The notes beneath the pieces are model-generated. The model searched no databases and was not told where the DNA came from. It saw only the letters and a program-made list of their open reading frames with translations. Shown in pieces: positions 58,582 through 64,000 of a stretch of DNA of 64,000 bases (position 1 is its first letter; every line of letters begins with the position of its first letter). The stretch lies in contig CAZQWS010000004.1 of the NCBI GenBank assembly GCA_964597355.1, positions 8,645 through 72,644 on the forward strand, written 5' to 3'. The position numbers and the translations under genes were made by a program. The DNA is from an uncultured Bdellovibrionales bacterium (GTDB taxonomy: Bacteria; Patescibacteriota; Minisyncoccia; Moranbacterales; UBA1568).

Positions 58582-60693
58582 ATGCAAGACAATCCCATTA
58601 CCGTATTTGCCAAAACCAACTTCCGCAATCAGGAGCGCGTGTTTGGTATTAAGATGGATGATCGGCGCCGGCACATGTATCTCCTCGGGAAGACTGGTAT
58701 GGGCAAGACCAATCTCCTTGAGAACCTCGCGATCCAAGACATTATCCAGGGCCATGGTATTTGCTTTATCGATCCGCACGGTGATGTGGCTCAGAAACTC
58801 ATCAAAGCCATTCCACCAGAGCGCATCAATGACGTGGTGTACTTTGATCCAGCTGATCAGAAATTCCCGATTGCATTTAATGTGCTCGAACAGGTGGGCG
58901 CGGATCAGCGTTCGCTCGTAGCGTCGGGTCTCGTCGGTGTCTTCAAAAAAATCTGGGCTGATTCGTGGGGACCGCGACTCGAATATATTCTCCGGAATGC
59001 TATTCTTGCACTTTTGGAATACCCGGGGTCGAGCCTCCTCGGTGTCATGCGTATCCTCGTCGACAAGAGTTATCGCGAGCGTGTTATCGAAAAAGTGACT
59101 GACCCAGTGGTAAAGCAGTTTTGGGCGGTTGAATTTGCTGGTTGGAATGAACGTGTTTTGCAAGAAGTTATCTCGCCAATCCAGAACAAAGTCGGACAAT
59201 TTACCTCGAATAGCCTTATTCGAAATATCATCGGACAACCAACCAGCGCTTTTGATGTGCGCGATATCATGGACAATAAGAAGATTCTCATCATGAATCT
59301 CGCCAAGGGAAAGATCGGCGAAGACTCTTCGGCCCTCCTCGGAGCCATGATGATTACCAAGATTCAGATGGCCGCTATGGGCCGGGCCGATATTCCTGAA
59401 GCCGAGCGCAAAGACTTCTATCTCTATGTCGACGAGTTCCAGAACTTTGCCACTGACTCATTTGCCAATATCCTCTCCGAGGCTCGTAAGTATCGCCTCT
59501 CGCTCATTCTCGCCAACCAGTATATTACTCAGCTCGAGGAGAAAGTGAGTGATGCCGTGTTTGGTAACTGTGGCACGATCGTAGCCTTTCGAGTCGGTGC
59601 CGGAGATGCCGAACTCTTGGAAAAAGAGTTTGAACCGGTCTTTATGATGAATGACCTTATCAATCTGCCGAAGTATCAGATTTATCTCAAGCTCATGATC
59701 GATGGGATCGCCGGTGACGCTTTTTCGGCGACAACCCTGCCGCCAATTATCATCGAACAGCCAGGTATCGACGAAAGGGTAATTGCAGTGACGCGGGAAC
59801 GCTATGCCTCAGATCAAGCAGAAGTAGAAGAAAAGATTCGTCGTTGGACGGGGATGCTCAGTGACGCGGAAAAAGCTGAACTCTTGCGGAAGCCTGTATC
59901 GGCGCCCGTCATTACTCAAGCCTCTCCGGCAGCTCCACGCAAACCGATGGAAATTCGAAAACCAGCTCGAGTTCAAACTGCTCCCGCACGCCACGAAGAA
60001 AAGCGCTTGCCTCGGCATGAAGAAGAGAGGACACACAAGCCCAAGGTGGTGAAAGAGTTTTCTGAGGAGTCGGTAAAGAGAGAGATACCGCCCAAAGAAA
60101 CTGTGGCTCAATCAGTGATGAAGCCATCGGTGGCATCGGCGCCTTTGCCCAAGCCGGAACCAGTGGCAGTAATTGAGAAAAACACTATTGAACCAGTACA
60201 AAAGCCAGTGGAAGTAGTACAAGTCGCGCCGGCTCCAGTTTCAGTCGTAGAGATTGCGCCCGAAGTTCTTCCAACTCCAGAAAAAGTATTGTATGACGCG
60301 GTCTGTGCTACCTGTGGCATGGAGATCCAGGTTCCCTTTGCTCCAGATGGATCACGGCCGACGTTTTGCAAGGATTGTCTCAGGGATTACCAGCGAGCCG
60401 TCGCCAAAGCTAAGCAAGAAGAGGAGCGAAAAAATGCTCCACAAGATGAGGATGATCACCATCGTCCGAGTGGGAATAGTGGAGGTTCTGGCGAGTATCG
60501 TCGTCCCCAATCAAATAATCGTCGCGTAGAACAGAGAGTCTATGCTGCCGATGAAGCGCCTATGAAACTATCCCAGACTCAATATATTGCCCCCAAAAAA
60601 TTTAAGTCTCTCGGGGGAAAGAAAGGAGTCGATAAGGATGCTATTCGCGCTCTTATCAATGCCAATCGCCCCAGCCATTCTGAAGAAGTGTAA
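58582..60693 (+). CDS. FtsK/HerA/VirD4-superfamily P-loop ATPase with a C-terminal low-complexity linker and C4 zinc ribbon
   Basis: 703 aa. Walker A ...RRRHMYLLGKTGMGKTNLLENL...CFIDPHGD (residues about 30-65). Walker B FYLYVDEFQNF. The ARKYRLSLILANQYITQL motif matches the GRKyG...aTQ..sql box of TraG/VirD4/HerA. No TM helices. A Pro/Ala/Val/Glu-rich segment (about residues 430-570) precedes CATCGMEIQVPFAPDGSRPTFCKDC (CxxC-x17-CxxC) and a basic tail. Confidence 0.7.
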   Translation: MQDNPITVFAKTNFRNQERVFGIKMDDRRRHMYLLGKTGMGKTNLLENLAIQDIIQGHGICFIDPHGDVAQKLIKAIPPERINDVVYFDPADQKFPIAFNVLEQVGADQRSLVASGLVGVFKKIWADSWGPRLEYILRNAILALLEYPGSSLLGVMRILVDKSYRERVIEKVTDPVVKQFWAVEFAGWNERVLQEVISPIQNKVGQFTSNSLIRNIIGQPTSAFDVRDIMDNKKILIMNLAKGKIGEDSSALLGAMMITKIQMAAMGRADIPEAERKDFYLYVDEFQNFATDSFANILSEARKYRLSLILANQYITQLEEKVSDAVFGNCGTIVAFRVGAGDAELLEKEFEPVFMMNDLINLPKYQIYLKLMIDGIAGDAFSATTLPPIIIEQPGIDERVIAVTRERYASDQAEVEEKIRRWTGMLSDAEKAELLRKPVSAPVITQASPAAPRKPMEIRKPARVQTAPARHEEKRLPRHEEERTHKPKVVKEFSEESVKREIPPKETVAQSVMKPSVASAPLPKPEPVAVIEKNTIEPVQKPVEVVQVAPAPVSVVEIAPEVLPTPEKVLYDAVCATCGMEIQVPFAPDGSRPTFCKDCLRDYQRAVAKAKQEEERKNAPQDEDDHHRPSGNSGGSGEYRRPQSNNRRVEQRVYAADEAPMKLSQTQYIAPKKFKSLGGKKGVDKDAIRALINANRPSHSEEV

Positions 60694-60779
60694 GCAGGTT
60701 TGACGTCTTGCTTTTTTTGTACTAAATTTAGACGTTTGTGGAAGTGGTGAGAGGGCTCGTAAAAGTTTTTCTTCCCTGA

Positions 60780-60835
60780 ACCAAGATAGGTTCGCGGTCA
60801 GGGAAAACTTTTTCTTCGCCCTCTTTTTTTGTAAA
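60780..60835 (+). terminator. long imperfect hairpin with T-runs after the ATPase gene
   Basis: gagggc...ccctgaacc-aagata-ggttcgcggtcaggg...gccctc nested inverted repeats, then CTCTTTTTTTG. Confidence 0.45.
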
Positions 60836-60839
60836 GGCT

Positions 60840-61916
60840 ATGAATGATATTCCTAAAAACTCAAAAATTGCCGTGCTCGTATCGGGCGGGGTGGATAGTT
60901 CTGTCGTTTTAGCATTGTTGAAAAGAGCGGGCTTTGACGTGACCGCTTTTTATTTGAAAATTTGGCTCGAGGATGAGCTCGCCTATCTGGGGGATTGTCC
61001 CTGGGAAGAAGATCTTGAATTTGTGCGCGCCGTGACGGCCCAACTTGAGGTGTCGCTTGAAATTGTGCCGCTACAGAAAGAATACTGGGAACACGTGGTC
61101 AAGGCGGCCATTGAGGAAGTAAAACATGGTCGGACGCCCAATCCGGATATGCTCTGCAATGCAAGGATTAAGTTTGGTGCATTCTTCGATGTTATCGGAA
61201 AAAACTTCGATTATGTTGCCACCGGTCACTATGCCTGGACCGAACAGAAAGGGGAGAAAACGTATCTCAAGAAAACGCCAGACGCGATTAAAGATCAAAC
61301 GTATTTCCTCTCGCAGCTTTCGAAGTCACAACTGAGGTGTGCTATCTTTCCGATCGGGGAATTTGAGAAAACCAAAGTGCGTGCGTTAGCCGAGGAATTC
61401 AAACTCCCCAATGCTAATCGCAAAGATAGCCAGGGTATTTGTTTCTTGGGCAAAATCCCGTTTGATGAATTCTTGCGACACCACTTAGGCGAGAAAAAAG
61501 GCAAGCTCGTCGATATCGAAACGGGAAAAGAAATAGGTGAACACAACGGCTTTTGGTACTTCACCATTGGCCAGCGCGAGGGGATTGGTCTCTCGGGCGG
61601 GCCGTGGTATGTGGTGAAGAAAGATACGGAGCAGAATATTGTCTATATTGGTCACAAGGAAATCAAAGAAGCTGCAGCGACCGATCATATTCTCGTCACC
61701 CATCTCAATTGGTTCAATGAGAAGCCCGATGACGGTGTCGAGCTCTCGGTCAAACTCCGGCATGGCCCCAAAGAATATACGTGCACCGTGCAGTGGCAGG
61801 ACGAACAAACGCTCGAAGTATTTCTACAAAATGAAAAAGACCCAGGCGTTGCCGGGGGTCAGTATGCCGTGTTTTACTCAGGCGAGTATTGTTTGGGTGG
61901 GGGAGTGATCAGTTGA
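60840..61916 (+). CDS. mnmA: tRNA 2-thiouridylase MnmA
   Basis: 358 aa: PP-loop IAVLVSGGVDSSV, catalytic Cys (GDCPWEED; DSQGICFLG). Confidence 0.85.
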   Translation: MNDIPKNSKIAVLVSGGVDSSVVLALLKRAGFDVTAFYLKIWLEDELAYLGDCPWEEDLEFVRAVTAQLEVSLEIVPLQKEYWEHVVKAAIEEVKHGRTPNPDMLCNARIKFGAFFDVIGKNFDYVATGHYAWTEQKGEKTYLKKTPDAIKDQTYFLSQLSKSQLRCAIFPIGEFEKTKVRALAEEFKLPNANRKDSQGICFLGKIPFDEFLRHHLGEKKGKLVDIETGKEIGEHNGFWYFTIGQREGIGLSGGPWYVVKKDTEQNIVYIGHKEIKEAAATDHILVTHLNWFNEKPDDGVELSVKLRHGPKEYTCTVQWQDEQTLEVFLQNEKDPGVAGGQYAVFYSGEYCLGGGVIS

Positions 61917-61973
61917 TTTAGTGCTTTGGTAAGATGCGAAGCTGGTATACTTTTAAGTGATAGATAGGAAACT

Positions 61974-62750
61974 ATGCAACCAAAATTTACTCTAGCTGCC
62001 ACGAGTGATATCCATATCAATAAATACCCTATTGAGAAAGGTTTTTTTGACGCTGTTAATGAACATGCCGACCTCCTTCTTATCGGAGGAGACATAACTG
62101 ACGGAGAACCAGGACAGGTAGAACGCTTTCTGGATCTTGTTTCGGGAGTAACCATACCAATGATAGTCATTCTTGGTAACCACGATTGCAGTAGTGACAA
62201 TGAACTCGTGATAAAAAACTTGTTTGCCAAAAATAGTCTTATAAAATTTTTGGATGGTGAATATGCCGAATACGATTTACGGGGTAATAAGGTAGGGATT
62301 GCTGCCGCAAAGGGTTTTGGTGGAGGATTTGCTCCGCATAGAATAGTCGGACGAGGCGAAAAAGCTTTTCGAATGTTTATAGAAGAAGAAGCTCGTGAAG
62401 TCGGAAAAATGCAACAAGCTTTGGCTGCTATGCAAAAAGCCTTACCAGAGTATAGGGTAACACTTACCCATTGGGCAGCGTTTCCAGAAACCATAGAAGG
62501 AGAGCCGAGGGATCTTTACCCGGTCTTAGGAAGCTCCTTGTTGGGAGACACTATTGAATTGTCAAAGCCGCATTTGGCACTAAATGGGCATGCTCATCAT
62601 GGACCGCAAGGCATAAGAAAAGCACGCGGTTTTATTTCCGCGTGCAACATTGCTTATGGCGTAAACAATGGGAAGATACCTCTTTTTGACTTCTTTGCCC
62701 CAGAGGATGTGCGCTTGCGTCATTTGGAAATCCAGTCCGATATTTCTTGA
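61974..62750 (+). CDS. calcineurin-like metallophosphoesterase
   Basis: 258 aa: ATSDIHIN, GGDITDG, ILGNHDC, the metallophosphatase motifs I to III. Confidence 0.75.
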   Translation: MQPKFTLAATSDIHINKYPIEKGFFDAVNEHADLLLIGGDITDGEPGQVERFLDLVSGVTIPMIVILGNHDCSSDNELVIKNLFAKNSLIKFLDGEYAEYDLRGNKVGIAAAKGFGGGFAPHRIVGRGEKAFRMFIEEEAREVGKMQQALAAMQKALPEYRVTLTHWAAFPETIEGEPRDLYPVLGSSLLGDTIELSKPHLALNGHAHHGPQGIRKARGFISACNIAYGVNNGKIPLFDFFAPEDVRLRHLEIQSDIS

Positions 62751-63517
62751 AGCTTGTGACTTCGAAAGTTCTTCCCGGCTTTCAATGAGACGGTCAGCAT
62801 TTCATAGAGCAGTTCACTTATTTCCCCCGTATCTTTACCGGTGCCTAGTTTTGCTTCTGCAACAAACCAAGTCATAAGTTGTTTAAGAACTTGGTTGTGT
62901 GCTACGGCATCTCCGTAAAGTAACCTTCCGGTAATAGAACCTTCGATGAAGGTGCCAAGTCCAAGTCCCTCTGGTATTGGCACAACCAGCGGCATCATTA
63001 ACTGCCAAAGGCCAATGTCTTCGATGTATCTTTGACGCATATCGAAGTATTGCCATTGTGAACGCTCACTTCGAACGGGAACTATAGGAGCCCTCCCTCG
63101 TTCTTTTGGCCTATACCAAGGAATAAGGATCGGTTCTGATCCAACTCCTTGAAGGAGATCATAAGAGCTTTCCATTGTGATGATGGGTGCAAGCAAGAAT
63201 TCTCCTTGTGAAGATGTCCAGCGCAGCTTGTCGTAGAGGATGAATGTCTCAGTTTCCTTTATGGTCATAAAGCTTACTCCAAATAAAGCTGTAGCGAACT
63301 TCTTCGCCTCATTCGCATAGCCTTTTTTGAAGATTATCCAGATATCATAGTCCTGTTCTTCGCTAGAGTTTCTTGGGGAAAGAACGTCTTGGTAAGAGGA
63401 GTAATTCGCACTCCCGTAAAGAGAGATAGAAAGAATCCCTTCTCTTCCCCCGCTTTTTCCGATGACACCACGTAGATACGGTAAGATTACTTTCTGGAAT
63501 GTCTCTAGCATGTTCAT
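62720..63517 (-). CDS. hypothetical protein with Pol-beta-superfamily nucleotidyltransferase-like motif (tentative)
   Basis: 265 aa: SLYGSANYSS...(21 aa)...DYDIWIIF resembles the hG[GS]...DhDh NTase signature with a longer spacer. The rest is unassignable. Confidence 0.3.
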   Translation of the reverse strand: MNMLETFQKVILPYLRGVIGKSGGREGILSISLYGSANYSSYQDVLSPRNSSEEQDYDIWIIFKKGYANEAKKFATALFGVSFMTIKETETFILYDKLRWTSSQGEFLLAPIITMESSYDLLQGVGSEPILIPWYRPKERGRAPIVPVRSERSQWQYFDMRQRYIEDIGLWQLMMPLVVPIPEGLGLGTFIEGSITGRLLYGDAVAHNQVLKQLMTWFVAEAKLGTGKDTGEISELLYEMLTVSLKAGKNFRSHKLQEISDWISK

Positions 63518-63528
63518 GATGTTCCTTT

Positions 63529-63996
63529 CTAGGCTATATGCCTGTCAATCCAAACAAGAGCTTTGTGAAGGATCTGTAGGTAAAGCTGGCTTCCTTCGGG
63601 AAGAAACTCTGCTCCGTAGTCCACTCGACGTTTCTGTTGGATATTTTTACAGATCAGCAAAAGTTCTTGAACTTTGCTGACATCTCCAGTTAGATCTACA
63701 ACACCAACTTTTCCTCGATATGAACTTGGAAAGCTGTCGTCGTTCATAAAGCGGGTGAGGACTCTAGGAGGCATACAGCTTGTAGCCACCAAGGCAGCTA
63801 GTTCAAAGTAGTCACCTCTCCCCAAACAACCGCGCAAGGTTCCCTTTTGGATGTCTATGAGCCAATACGAATCTTGGTTTTCCCACATGCTCAAGTCGGC
63901 AGGACCCAACTCCAAAGTAGTCGCTTCAGCATACTCCGGGAAATCCCAGGCCTTCATTTGGAGGGAGGCCATCTTTCTGTGAAACCTTTTCCACAC
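63529..63996 (-). CDS. hypothetical protein (upstream partner of the NTase-like gene)
   Basis: 155-aa ORF ending 11 bp before the NTase-like gene start. The start is uncertain because the window ends at 64000. Confidence 0.3.
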   Translation of the reverse strand: MWKRFHRKMASLQMKAWDFPEYAEATTLELGPADLSMWENQDSYWLIDIQKGTLRGCLGRGDYFELAALVATSCMPPRVLTRFMNDDSFPSSYRGKVGVVDLTGDVSKVQELLLICKNIQQKRRVDYGAEFLPEGSQLYLQILHKALVWIDRHIA

Positions 63997-64000
63997 ATCA

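Overview
This 64 kb window is a gene-dense, mostly plus-strand bacterial chromosomal segment with standard genetic code; TAG, TAA and TGA all serve as stops. Its gene content is compatible with a small-genome (Patescibacteria/CPR-like) bacterium, but that is an inference, not demonstrated: a SWIB-domain protein, many hypothetical membrane proteins and housekeeping genes with lysine/alanine-rich tails, and a competence-type type IV pilus cluster. The main blocks are: (i) a degenerate IS200/IS605 relic, tRNA-Ser and comFC-clpC; (ii) a complete type IV pilus locus (pilM-N-O-B-T-C, two tandem pilins, a frameshifted secreted M23 peptidase, an AT-rich anchored protein, pilD, three minor pilins); (iii) ligA-gatCA; (iv) secE-nusG-rplK-rplA; (v) a compact dTTP cluster (dcd, thyA, folA, dNMP-kinase-like, tmk, dut, DNPH1-like); (vi) gatB, miaA, dnaE, rnhB, rpmF, nusB, rnc; (vii) a hinge-less SMC-like ATPase, a TrpF-like orphan, rpsP, the rplJ-rplL operon with leader and terminator, a Na+/H+ antiporter and DedA; (viii) csp, an alkyltransferase-like (Cys to Trp) protein and a GFA protein; (ix) tRNA-Gln followed by an AT-rich islet (GIY-YIG gene, partial tRNA 3' repeat, papain-like pseudogene with in-frame TAG); (x) dnaX and gtrA; (xi) a sigma70-region-4/HARE-HTH protein; (xii) a self-contained two-gene unit of a membrane-anchored protein plus a VirD4/HerA/FtsK-type ATPase with a terminal zinc ribbon; (xiii) mnmA, a metallophosphoesterase and a nucleotidyltransferase-like gene pair. 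No rRNA, CRISPR array or reverse transcriptase was found. Two broken genes sit exactly at short homopolymers (G5 in the M23 peptidase gene, T5 in a hypothetical gene), so assembly indel error is a live alternative to real pseudogenisation.
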